From the NCBI GenBank assembly GCA_000004985.1, contig GG738895.1: DNA of 64,000 nucleotides; one strand, given 5' to 3'. Below are positions 10,542-20,501 of the stretch, one piece after another (position 1 is the stretch's first letter; the number at the start of each line of letters is the position of its first letter). Both the position numbers and the translations under genes were made by a program. Source of the stretch: Naegleria gruberi (lineage: Eukaryota). Under the pieces are notes generated by a model that was given only the letters and a program-made list of their open reading frames with translations, had not been told where the DNA came from and made no database searches.

Positions 10542-10922
10542 ATGTCTCTTGTTTGGGAAATTACTAAGAACAACAGCTCTTTCTTGAAGAGAACCAAGCT
10601 CTATGATGGTGCTGCATTCAACACTGCTCCAACCAACCCATTGAACATTAACTCTGAAAAGTACACCAAGACTCAAGCTGTTTCCGTTGATGTTACTCCA
10701 AAGGGTAATTTGGTTATCAAGAAGTCCACTTTGGACTGTTCCGTCAGAAAGCCAAAGGAATTCGTCAAGAAGACCAAGGTCACCAAGGGACAAAAGTCAG
10801 TCACCAACTTTGCTAGAAACATTGTTGAAGCCACCGAATCTGAAGATTTCAGAGGTGACTTGAAGGCTGTTTTGGTTGCTCGTGCTGCCAAGTTGTTGAA
10901 GAACAGAAAGGCCAGAAAGTAA
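10542..10922 (+). CDS. RPL28: 60S ribosomal protein L28e
   Basis: MSLVWEITKNNSSFLKRTKLYDG...KGN..VIKKS...RKP... Basic C-terminus RAAKLLKNRKARK. Colinear with eukaryotic L28e. Divergently oriented to RPB9 with about 400 bp between the start codons. Confidence 0.85.
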   Translation: MSLVWEITKNNSSFLKRTKLYDGAAFNTAPTNPLNINSEKYTKTQAVSVDVTPKGNLVIKKSTLDCSVRKPKEFVKKTKVTKGQKSVTNFARNIVEATESEDFRGDLKAVLVARAAKLLKNRKARK

Positions 10923-11252
10923 ATTTGCTTTTTCCAATAAAAAAACATATAAATTATAACTGTCCAACATTCAACGATGATTCAGCAGAATATTTAAGCT
11001 TATCCATTCACTTTCTATTTCGGTAATCACACGTGTTAATCAAAATAAAAAATTGATTCTCCTTCCCAGGATTTTATTCAAATTGATTGTTAATAAATAA
11101 TTAATTATTTTCAAATTGATTGATTGAAATTGTTTTTCTATTTAAATCTGCAATCCATCATAGATACATTGTTCTTTTAATAAACCATTCAAAAAAAAAT
11201 AGTCCTTCTACTTTTGATCATCCTCTACATTCGTCATAATCCTAATAGTGCC

Positions 11253-13235
11253 ATGTCTGAATACATTGCTTCACTTGTTCAAAAGGGTTATGATCAAGGA
11301 AAAGCCCTCCTTGAAAATTATGGTGTAATCCAAAAACCTGTTCAACCAAATACTCATGATGCCATTCGTGACTTTATCACCAATCATCCATACATCACAA
11401 CAAGTATTGTTACCTCAACATTGTATAGCACTGCCAAGTTTGCGATCGGCCAATTAAAGAAGAGAGTTGCTGCTAATACCATCTTGGAAATTGATTTGGA
11501 AGATGTTGAATTTACTCCTCAACCTGTTGCACCATCATTGTCCCAAATTCTTTCTCCTGGTAAATTCAAGATGAATTATCTTACATTTATTCAAACTTTG
11601 AAAGCTGCCAATCAAAATCCAAAAATTTCTGGATTGATTTTATACTTACCAGGATCAAGTCATAATCCATTCGAAGGTTTAGCTTTGGCTCATATTTATG
11701 AAATGAGAAAGGCTTTATTCGAATTCAAAGGTCAAAAGATTGCTCATGCTGACATGTTCAATTCATCTATTTCTTATTATTTTGCTACTGCTTGTGATAA
11801 GATTTTCATGACTGATAATGGTCTTCTTATTTTGAATGGATTCCAATTACGTAATTTCTTCTTTAAACAATTGTTGGATAAGATTGAGGTCGAACCTTTT
11901 GTTGTAAAGAGAGCTGAATATAAATCAGCAATGAATCCATTCACCGAAGAAAAGTATACTGAACATCATCGTGAACAAGTGGAAACTCTTGCTAAGGAAT
12001 TATTCGATACCTTTGTCTCTGATATTGCTCAAACAAGAGAAAAGAATGCGGAAAGTGTTAGAGAATGGTTTGATATTGGAATTTTTGGACCTAAGGATTC
12101 CGTTGAACACAAAGTTATTGATGGTGTAAAATATAGAGATGAGTTGCTTGGTGTTATGGCACAATCCTTGTCAGTTGATTCTAAAAAGCTCAATTTGTTA
12201 TATCTTCAAAAGTATATTGAACAAAAGCTTGATGGTAGTCCTCTTGATAAAATCAATCCAAAGAAGAAGGATGACAATTTGGTTGCTGTCATTTATGCCA
12301 GTGGAGCTATTGTAAGAGGTAGACCATCCAACCCTAGAGATACCAACATGAATAGCAATGTCATTGTTGATGCAATCTATAAGGCCAGAAAGGATAAGGA
12401 AGTTAAGGTCATTCTCATCAGAGTTGACTCTCCTGGTGGTGAAGTCTCTGCTTCTGAAGTTATTAGAAGAGAAATTGAACTTGCTAGAACTGAAGATAAA
12501 AAGAAGGTAGTTATCTCTATGGGTGGTTTGGCTGCTAGTGGTGGTTATTGGATCAGTTTACCAGGTGATAAGATTGTTTGCAATCCTTTCACAATTACAG
12601 GTTCAATTGGTGTTATCATGGGTAAATTGTATTTGGGAGACTTTTTCTCAAAGAAACTTGGTGTTACCAATGATAGTGTATCAACAAGCAAGAATGCTGG
12701 TCTTTTATCACAATTTGAACGTGCTAATGATCAACAAATGGAAATATTTAATAATCTTGCTGATGATTTTTATGATTCATTCTTGGAAAAGGTTAGTGAA
12801 AGAAGAAATATTTCAAAGGATGATCTCAAGAATAATATTGCAAAGGGTAAAGTCTATCTTGGAAACTCTGCTAAGGCACTTAATTTGGTTGATAGTGTTG
12901 GCGATTTTTATGATGCCCTCCAAGTTGCTAAGGAACTTGCTGGTATGAAGAATGAACCTCACATTGTTGTCTTCCATCCAAAGAAGAAATCTGTAATAGA
13001 GTCCCTTCTCAACACTCAATCTCCATCTAATAGTAAGGAAAGAGCTCTCAAATCCAATGTTTCTATTTTCGAACCATTTACATCATTGTATCAATCAATT
13101 TGTGGATTCATGAAGCTCACTAATATTTTCATCAAGCACCAAAATATTATTGAAAAGTACGCAAAGGTTATTGAAAAGACCCAAGCAGTCAATGGACAAG
13201 TAAGATCAGAACTTGATATCAATGTGGAATTGTAA
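11253..13235 (+). CDS. sppA: Signal peptide peptidase A / protease IV (SppA, peptidase family S49), long two-domain form
   Basis: Tandem S49 domains. C-terminal domain signature VILIRVDSPGGEVSASEVIRREIE...VISMGGLAASGGYWISLPGDKIV...GSIGV. Intronless 660-aa ORF. The track starts at TTG 11214; the first ATG is at 11253. Confidence 0.75.
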   Translation: MSEYIASLVQKGYDQGKALLENYGVIQKPVQPNTHDAIRDFITNHPYITTSIVTSTLYSTAKFAIGQLKKRVAANTILEIDLEDVEFTPQPVAPSLSQILSPGKFKMNYLTFIQTLKAANQNPKISGLILYLPGSSHNPFEGLALAHIYEMRKALFEFKGQKIAHADMFNSSISYYFATACDKIFMTDNGLLILNGFQLRNFFFKQLLDKIEVEPFVVKRAEYKSAMNPFTEEKYTEHHREQVETLAKELFDTFVSDIAQTREKNAESVREWFDIGIFGPKDSVEHKVIDGVKYRDELLGVMAQSLSVDSKKLNLLYLQKYIEQKLDGSPLDKINPKKKDDNLVAVIYASGAIVRGRPSNPRDTNMNSNVIVDAIYKARKDKEVKVILIRVDSPGGEVSASEVIRREIELARTEDKKKVVISMGGLAASGGYWISLPGDKIVCNPFTITGSIGVIMGKLYLGDFFSKKLGVTNDSVSTSKNAGLLSQFERANDQQMEIFNNLADDFYDSFLEKVSERRNISKDDLKNNIAKGKVYLGNSAKALNLVDSVGDFYDALQVAKELAGMKNEPHIVVFHPKKKSVIESLLNTQSPSNSKERALKSNVSIFEPFTSLYQSICGFMKLTNIFIKHQNIIEKYAKVIEKTQAVNGQVRSELDINVEL

Positions 13236-13359
13236 ATAAATTTGCCAAAGAATACATAAGAAAAAAAGATGTTGTCAACACTCATTCTTAACTTAGCTGT
13301 TCATTGGTAAAGGAGGTCAACTAGAAATATAATAAGTATTGTTTCATAATGAATATGAA

Positions 13360-13430
13360 GCGTCGATGGTTTAGTGGTAGAATACGGCGTTGCCATCGCC
13401 GTGACCCGGGTTCAATTCCCGGTCGACGCA
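13360..13430 (+). tRNA. tRNA-Gly (anticodon GCC)
   Basis: GCGTCGA acceptor, TGGTTTAGTGGTAGAAT D-arm, anticodon loop TTGCCAT, T-arm GGGTTCAATTCCC. Downstream T-run ttttacttttttcc. Confidence 0.85.
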
Positions 13431-13765
13431 TCAGAAGATATCAATTTTTACTTTTTTCCCTTTGGATTCAAAATTTAAATTTTTTGCCGCGTGGGCTACC
13501 CATGTCTAGATAGTATATTCTCAAATATCACAGTTTCATCTATTATATTGGTCTAGATAATGCCCACAGTTTTGACCTCATTTTTTCCCTGAGGGTCCAA
13601 TTCTACTCAGACTAAATATAATCTAATATTCAAATAGACAATAGAGTTTAAGCAAAATTAACTTAGATCAACCCACACTTTACCATAAAAAATTGTAAAC
13701 AAAATTGGTAAATTAAAATTAATATTCTCTGGTGTTTGTTTTTGACCAAGTTGAAGATAAAGTTG

Positions 13766-14560
13766 TTACAAATCTTCTAATAATATTGGATCTCTCAAAT
13801 GTTTTTGAATGAACAATTTGGTATCTCGATTTCTTGCACATCCAAAAATACAAATCTGAAGATTTAACTTTTTGGCAATTTTCACAATTTCCTCAACATG
13901 AGCTTGAAAACCATAATTTTGTACATGACTCATCTCCTCAACAATTAACATTTTCAAATATTTCACATTCAGAATATTGCTCTCTATCAAATCTAACAAT
14001 TTCACTGGCGTTCCCACAACTACATGTTGAATTTCTTGCAGAGCTAGCTCTGCAGACCGCATTTGACCTCCATATATCCCAAATACTTTGACACTCATAA
14101 ATTTCGCAAAGGATGCTATAATATGAGAGAGACTTATCGCCATTTCCCTGGTCGGTACAATCACCAATGCTTGAGGGGCACCTTTCGAATATAAATCATG
14201 ATTCAGATCAATTCTTTCAAGAAGGGCAAGTGAAAACCCAACTGTTTTACCAGTTCCAATTTTAGATGTGGACACAACATCAACTGGTGGATAGGATGAA
14301 ATAATTGGCATGATCAACTTTTTTTGCAATTCTGTCATTTCTTTTTTACCATCACTATAAAAACCAGAAAGTAAATTCGCGCGTAAATTTAAATCTTCAA
14401 AAGTTTCAATCTTTTTCATGTTGAATTTTGGTCGTGGAATTGTGATTTGTTTTTTGAAAAGTTTGATCAAGTGTGAAAATTCCGAATTTATATTCGAATT
14501 GCTGTGTATGTCTGTTAGAAGGAGGCGTGTAACACTTTCGTATGTTTCTGCTTGGTTCAT
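13766..14560 (-). CDS. Paralog of the 1612-2388 gene: eIF4A-like DEAD-box RecA1-domain-only protein with degenerate motifs
   Basis: About 55% identity to the 1612-2388 product (shared RP..FNMKK, IMPIISS, GTGK, SKGAPQALVI, PTREM, LQEIQHVVVGT, KYLK, NLQIC). Motif II is VEEM instead of DEAD and motif III is FGCA instead of SAT. No C-terminal helicase domain. ATG at 14560. Confidence 0.6.
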   Translation of the reverse strand: MNQAETYESVTRLLLTDIHSNSNINSEFSHLIKLFKKQITIPRPKFNMKKIETFEDLNLRANLLSGFYSDGKKEMTELQKKLIMPIISSYPPVDVVSTSKIGTGKTVGFSLALLERIDLNHDLYSKGAPQALVIVPTREMAISLSHIIASFAKFMSVKVFGIYGGQMRSAELALQEIQHVVVGTPVKLLDLIESNILNVKYLKMLIVEEMSHVQNYGFQAHVEEIVKIAKKLNLQICIFGCARNRDTKLFIQKHLRDPILLEDL

Positions 14561-14596
14561 TTTTTTTTGAAAGATTTTGTTGAGGAAGAATCATTT

Positions 14597-15133
14597 ATGG
14601 AAATTTCTGCAGAATTAGTGCCAGGTATTTCACACAGTATCAAACTAAAGCTTGAGTATGCTAGCAATGCAGAAGATTTGAAAGATCTTTGGAGTTTCGT
14701 TAACAAGTTGATGAAACGAATTGATCAACTCGAGAAGAAACAACCACAACTTAAGAGAGTAAGAATTCCATTATTGGACAGGATTCAATTGAATAATTCA
14801 ACACCAACTTATCAAATTCCAATTCAAGTTCCCAAAAATTCTGTTTCTGTCATTTTGAGATGTAAAAGTTTTATTGGAAACTCTTCAGGACATTCGTATT
14901 TGACATTCGAAGCTCAACAACAAGCAAATTCCAATGGTATTCTCACCGTTGACAAATATCATTTCGATTGGTATTACAACAATACTGTGGAAGAATTTAT
15001 AATGCCTTGGAATGGTCAATCTGAGAATCAAACATTGGAAATTAGAGTTAAATCATCTCTCTCTGATGGGAATTACAATGGAGAAAATCAAAATTATTTT
15101 ACCATTTCCATTGAAGGTTTTATGGAATTTTAA
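14597..15133 (+). CDS. Hypothetical protein (about 179 aa)
   Basis: ORF with the first ATG at 14597 (the track starts at TTG 14552). No domain recognised. Confidence 0.3.
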   Translation: MEISAELVPGISHSIKLKLEYASNAEDLKDLWSFVNKLMKRIDQLEKKQPQLKRVRIPLLDRIQLNNSTPTYQIPIQVPKNSVSVILRCKSFIGNSSGHSYLTFEAQQQANSNGILTVDKYHFDWYYNNTVEEFIMPWNGQSENQTLEIRVKSSLSDGNYNGENQNYFTISIEGFMEF

Positions 15134-15460
15134 ATTAATAATGAAATTGAAAAAAGAAAAAGAGTGTTTCGAATGGAGAGAAATTGTATCTTTTTTCCAA
15201 CATTTAAATGAAATAGTCTCTTTATAATAATTGTTTGTAGATGTTGAATTGATTATTGTTACTGAGATTCCATTTGTGATGAAGAAAGATGTGCAGTTAC
15301 CTGTTAAAATACAATTGGAAACTAATTGAACTAAACGTGTTGAATAAGTCTTTCTTTTAATTATTCCATCAATCATCACAATGAAGAACATCCAATGACT
15401 CGTTCCACATCACATGGAAAGTGATCTATTAGATCTCGTTATTCGAAACGACAAAAAAAA

Positions 15461-17644
15461 ATGAAATCAACATCTCTATTGATATCTTTGGTTCTTTTTA
15501 TTTCCATCTGCATTTCCACACATGTCAATTGTGCATGGAACTTGCCACCACTCGGTTCTCCAAGAATACTCTTTGCAGATTCGTCCTACTTGACGAAACT
15601 AAAGTCTGACATGGCAAAGCCAACCAATTACGCCACTTCTTTCAAAAACTTTGTTAATAGTGGAATTTCTGGTGGCGGATCCGTCTATCTATTCGAAGCA
15701 TGGCACTCAGCTCTATTATTCATGGTCACAGGACAAGTTTCCTATTGTAACTATGCAGTTCAAAATATAGATTCCATTGTAGCTCAAGAAGAATCCATCA
15801 TTGCCAGTGGGAACATTCCATCCATTGCAGGAGATAGTTATCTTGATGTTGGATATGGTTTGCATAATATAATGACTGTCTATGATTGGTGTCGAGCACA
15901 AACAAGTCAATCTCAAAGAAATCGATGGACAAATTATGCCAATCAAGCAGTTTCTAATATTTGGAATTGCTCAACAGCGACATGGGGTGGTAAAGATGCT
16001 GCATGGTCATGTTGGTCGGTGGATAATCCAGGAAACAATTATTATTACTCCTTTTTGAGAGCAACCATGATGGTTGGGTTAGCCACATACGGAGAGAATG
16101 CAAGTGCTGATATGTGGTTGAGACAATTTAGAAATGTCAAGATTGGAAATCAATTAATTCCATATTTTAATGGAGAGCTCAAGACAGGTGGCAGTTTGGA
16201 AGGAACTGGGTATGGTATTTCACATAAGGAATTGTTTAATTTGTATATTTGGTGGCAATTGTCAACTGGTGAAAATATTGCTGACCTGACTTCACACACT
16301 TACAATTCGTTACAATGGATTTTGCATCAAATGGTTCCACAATTGGATGCATTGGCAAATATTGGCGATCAAGCACGTGATTCCTCTGCATCTTTCTATG
16401 ATTATCATCGTCATTACATTATTGCTCTTTGCTATTTATATCCAAAATCCAAATTAGCAAAATCAGCTAAAATTCTATTATCCAAATCGAGTGTTCCTCA
16501 AATGACAAGCGGTTTCAATACTTATATAGATTACATTTATGATATCAGTTCTATTGAAACAGTTCCACTCAATTCAACCTATATTACAACTTCATTCAGG
16601 GGAGATTCAACTGGAACTCTTGCCTTACGTTCAAGTTGGGATTCTGATGCAGTTTATGCTAATTTAGTTTGTGGACCACTTGTAGAATCTCATGCACATC
16701 AAGATCAGGGAAGTTTTATTCTATATCACAAGGGTTGGTTGGCATATGATCAGAATTTCAATAGTCATTCTGGAATTCAACAAATGAATCACTATCATAA
16801 TTTGGTTAGAATTGTTAGTGACAATGAGATTATTCTTCAATCTGGAGGATCTCCTTGTAATATGAGTGCACTTTCTGATAATTCTGTTTATTCCTATGCA
16901 CTTTCACTTGTTACTCCTCTATATGATAGTAATAATTACAATTCGAAAGGTTTAGTTACCAAAGTCGAAAGAGAATTTGTATTTATCAAACCAAGTACAT
17001 TTGTTGTTTTTGATAGAGTGGCAACAAAGACTAATTCCAAAGCTAAAAGAATACTTTCGCTTAATTTTATGGATAAACCAAGCTATTCCAATGGAAATTT
17101 GGTTTTTAATTCAAAGAGTTCCATTACTGTTAAAACTCTTTCTCCAACCTCAAATTTAAACGTTTCCATTATTGATTGGAAAACTGAAGATTCTGATAAC
17201 AATGCTGGATATAGAGTTGACTATTTGGATACTTCATCATTAGATTCCACTAACTTTTTACAAGTAATTTCAATCAACTCTTCTGTTGCCTCATCCATTA
17301 GGGATGATGTTAGTGGAAAAATAGGAGCAACAATTAGTTTGAATGATGGACGAAAGGTAACTGTTCGATTCAATACTGCCAGTACTGGTGGATCAATCGT
17401 GGTTATTTCCAATAAGCAAACAACATTGGTGAATGAGGATCTCACAACCAGTAAGCAAGCTCTTGGTGTGGGAGAGGTAATAGTTCCACTTTCATCACCT
17501 AAACCTGTTCCAATTTCTTCTGTGCAACCAGGTCAAAAATCAAGCAAAGCATTTACATCAACAAGAGTTAATTCTAGTCGGCCATCTCAAATGAGTAGTT
17601 TGTTCTTCATTATTGTAATAATTGGTTTCATTTTAATAAATTAA
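15461..17644 (+). CDS. Secreted polysaccharide-lyase-like protein (alginate lyase / heparinase II/III-like fold) with a Ser-rich stalk and a GPI-anchor-like hydrophobic C-terminus
   Basis: Signal peptide MKSTSLLISLVLFISICISTHVNC. The C-terminal half carries ESHAHQDQGSFILYHKGWLAYDQNF, which matches the H-x-H-x-D-x-GSF signature of the heparinase II/III-like domain. Intronless 727 aa. C-terminus SSRPSQMSSLFFIIVIIGFILIN. Confidence 0.5.
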   Translation: MKSTSLLISLVLFISICISTHVNCAWNLPPLGSPRILFADSSYLTKLKSDMAKPTNYATSFKNFVNSGISGGGSVYLFEAWHSALLFMVTGQVSYCNYAVQNIDSIVAQEESIIASGNIPSIAGDSYLDVGYGLHNIMTVYDWCRAQTSQSQRNRWTNYANQAVSNIWNCSTATWGGKDAAWSCWSVDNPGNNYYYSFLRATMMVGLATYGENASADMWLRQFRNVKIGNQLIPYFNGELKTGGSLEGTGYGISHKELFNLYIWWQLSTGENIADLTSHTYNSLQWILHQMVPQLDALANIGDQARDSSASFYDYHRHYIIALCYLYPKSKLAKSAKILLSKSSVPQMTSGFNTYIDYIYDISSIETVPLNSTYITTSFRGDSTGTLALRSSWDSDAVYANLVCGPLVESHAHQDQGSFILYHKGWLAYDQNFNSHSGIQQMNHYHNLVRIVSDNEIILQSGGSPCNMSALSDNSVYSYALSLVTPLYDSNNYNSKGLVTKVEREFVFIKPSTFVVFDRVATKTNSKAKRILSLNFMDKPSYSNGNLVFNSKSSITVKTLSPTSNLNVSIIDWKTEDSDNNAGYRVDYLDTSSLDSTNFLQVISINSSVASSIRDDVSGKIGATISLNDGRKVTVRFNTASTGGSIVVISNKQTTLVNEDLTTSKQALGVGEVIVPLSSPKPVPISSVQPGQKSSKAFTSTRVNSSRPSQMSSLFFIIVIIGFILIN

Positions 17645-17781
17645 CTATCATGATTGAATAATTTAGCTCAGTAGAGCTCACAGTTTTCAATTATTGCTTC
17701 AACAAGTAATAAAAAAATGAAAAACAAGAAAATTAGTATGTTCAAGTAGCTTTTATTGGTTTAATTAACATTAACACTTGA

Positions 17782-19883
17782 TTAATAGAGTCTGAGCTTA
17801 ATTTGAACAGATGTGCCTCCACCATTGTAATTCTTGACAACATTATGCTTGATTGAAGCATGTTGGCTCTTTGCTTTTTGACTCTTCTTTGCTTCTTCTT
17901 GTTGAACAAATTGCTTCAAATCTTGTTGAGTGACAGGTTTAACACCTTCAGCAATGTCACGTTCTTCCTCACGAGCCAATCTCTTCTTTTCACGTGCCAA
18001 TCTCAATGCTTCTCTTCTAACTTGCTTTTCAGTTGGAGCTTGAGAAGAATGGCTTTTAACTTCCTTCTGTCTTCTATTCTCTCTATCAATTCTCTTTTGA
18101 ACTCTTACGATTCTTCTTTCCTCTCTCAATAAGCTAATGTTATCTGCAGGTGTATTGTCAAGTACTTTAGCATCATCATCAATCAATGCTCTAGCACGAT
18201 GGATAGCAAGTGTTTTAGTACTGCTACCTCCACTTCCACCACTTGATCCACCACTAGATACAACACTGGATCCACCACCACTTGATCCACCACCGCTTGA
18301 TCCACCACTGGATGATTGAGATTCAGAATTTCTTCTGTTGTGTCTTTGAGCTACAATGTGTTGCTCCAAATCTCTTCTTTGATTTCTTGCAGCTGTCACT
18401 TTTTGTTGTTCACCTTGTGCAGTCATTGGTCCGGCTACTGCATTTCCATCATAAGCAACAAGCATGCCATTAGAAGAACACATCTTGAGGTTATAATCAA
18501 CTGCGTTTGGAGCTTGAGCACGGTTAATGGAACGACCAAGATTAAAGAGTGTTGGGAGAATGGTAGCGAATTGTTTCAATAACTCTGCATCACTAGAATC
18601 ATAATAAAATTGTGCCAAAGTTCTCAATTCAAAGATTACAAGTCTTTGACCACCAACAGTCAATGGGAATCTACCAAATGAATTGTCAAAAGTATCAGCA
18701 TTGACTTCAAATAAATCTCTTGGATTATTGTTGTCAAATAAATTAATCAAATAGTTAGTGGCAGAGAATGGGAATGGAGTTCCATTATCATATGTACGGG
18801 TAAAGTAAACATCTTGATCATTTTGTTTGGTACAAACTGTTGCTTGTGGTCCAATAGTTGCAGCAAGATATCTCTTATATGCGTTAATAACTAAATTGAC
18901 TGGGTTTTCAATTTTACCCAACTCAACTTGAGAAGAACCTTGTCCACCATCCTTTAAGAGTTGAACAATTTGAGTTCTCAAGAGAACTGGTCCAGTAATT
19001 GTCTTGGCAAAAGCACCCATTTCACAATTTTCTCTCTTACCAGAAATGAAATAGTTCAATAGGAAAAACATGACGAATTTGGAACGACCTGAAAGACCAC
19101 GTAATACATTATCCTGTTGATCAATAAATTTAACCAAATTATCCATTGATGCAGCAGAGTCTCTATTACCAAATTTATATCCTTGAGCTGCTTGTGATTT
19201 TGTGTTTAAGAAGGAAACAATTGCCTTAATTGAAGGCCATGCCTTATCAAGTGGGAATGAAAAGGTTGCCTGAAGATTTGGTCCAACACGAGTGAAAGCT
19301 GGTGGTGGTTGATTTGCATTTTGTGCTCCTTGTTTAACCTTTAGTTTAACTCCAAAAGCTTTGTAATATGGATGTACCATCTTATTTGGTTGATTTGTGG
19401 AAATCATATCAAGATATTCCTTGAATTTGCTTTGCATTTTACAAATTTCATTTCCATTATCGGCAAAACGAACTGGATCAGAAACAAATTCAACAATTGG
19501 AAATCTCACAAATTCATAGGTTGGATGGAGTTTTGGATTTTCCATGTCCATGCCTGGATATGGTGGTGGAACATCAAGCATGTTTCCCTATATAAAATAT
19601 ACAAGTTTAGAATAACATTAGTTTAACAATTATTAGAAAAATCATGCATGATCATCAAACATACCTTTGAAAATTCAACTCTTTGACCGTTTGCCTTTGT
19701 GTAACTAGCTTTATAATTGGCAATTGTGGCACCTTCGAATTCACAGGCACCAACTTCACTTTCAAAACCCACAGCTTGGGCGTTTACAATGGAAGTACTG
19801 GATAACATCAAACATGTCAGTGCCAGGATAGTCAATACAAGAGAGATGCTCTTGCATGTTGTAGGGAGAGCAAGTGTTGTCAT
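17782..19883 (-). CDS. Secreted hypothetical protein, two exons (19665-19883 and 17782-19587; 77-nt intron 19588-19664 GTATGT...TATAG). Contains a Gly/Ser linker and a highly basic coiled C-terminus.
   Basis: Exon 1 encodes signal peptide MTTLALPTTCKSISLVLTILALTCLMLSSTSIVNA and ends ...EFSK with a GTATGT donor. Exon 2 continues in frame (GNMLDVPPPYPG...). Internal SSGGSSGGGSSGGGSS tract followed by an Arg/Lys/Glu-rich tail. Confidence 0.55.
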
Positions 19884-20313
19884 TGTACTGAACGAAACAA
19901 TCAACTCTAATTTTTTTTTGATGTGAGTTTTTGCTTGTTGACATGTTTGACATTTATTGGAGCTGACCATAAAAACGGATAATGAATGCGATGTCATTGC
20001 ATGAACTACTAACATGTGCTGTCAGTGAAGAGAGTGTTTCCAATTCCCAGAACAAGGTTCATCCAATGTATTCTTTGCAATCATGTGCTTACAAACCCTC
20101 AACATCATTCATTAGATTACCTTCCTTTTACACAAAGATATATGTGTTATCAGATTGTTTATCAACAAGCTAAACTAATAGAAAAGCAAAAACCAACAAC
20201 ACACGATTGGAGATAATGCCTTAGGCTGAAATTTTCCGCGCAGATTCTTGATGAACAGACGCTAAATGAGCAAAGGATGCTGGTTCAGAAGAGAGGCAAA
20301 TTGTTCACCGTAA

Positions 20314-20386
20314 TCCCCCTTAGCTCAGTCGGTAGAGCGTCAGACTGTTAATCTGCAGGTCGGTGGTTCGAGCCCACCAGGGGGAG
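20314..20386 (+). tRNA. tRNA-Asn (anticodon GTT)
   Basis: Acceptor TCCCCCT/AGGGGGA, D-arm GCTCAGTCGGTAGAGC, anticodon loop CTGTTAA, T-arm GGTGGTTCGAGCCCACC. Followed by TTTTTT at 20391-20396. Confidence 0.85.
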
Positions 20387-20390
20387 ATCC

Positions 20391-20396
20391 TTTTTT
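20391..20396 (+). terminator. Pol III oligo-T terminator of tRNA-Asn
   Basis: TTTTTT run 4 nt after the tRNA 3' end. Confidence 0.6.
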
Positions 20397-20501
20397 GAAT
20401 TATGGTACAGTTGATTAGGATTTGGAAAAGCAAATCTTAATAACCATGAAACTAGATAAGGATATTTTTAGATAAGGATCGAATACGGGGTTTAATTACT
20501 A

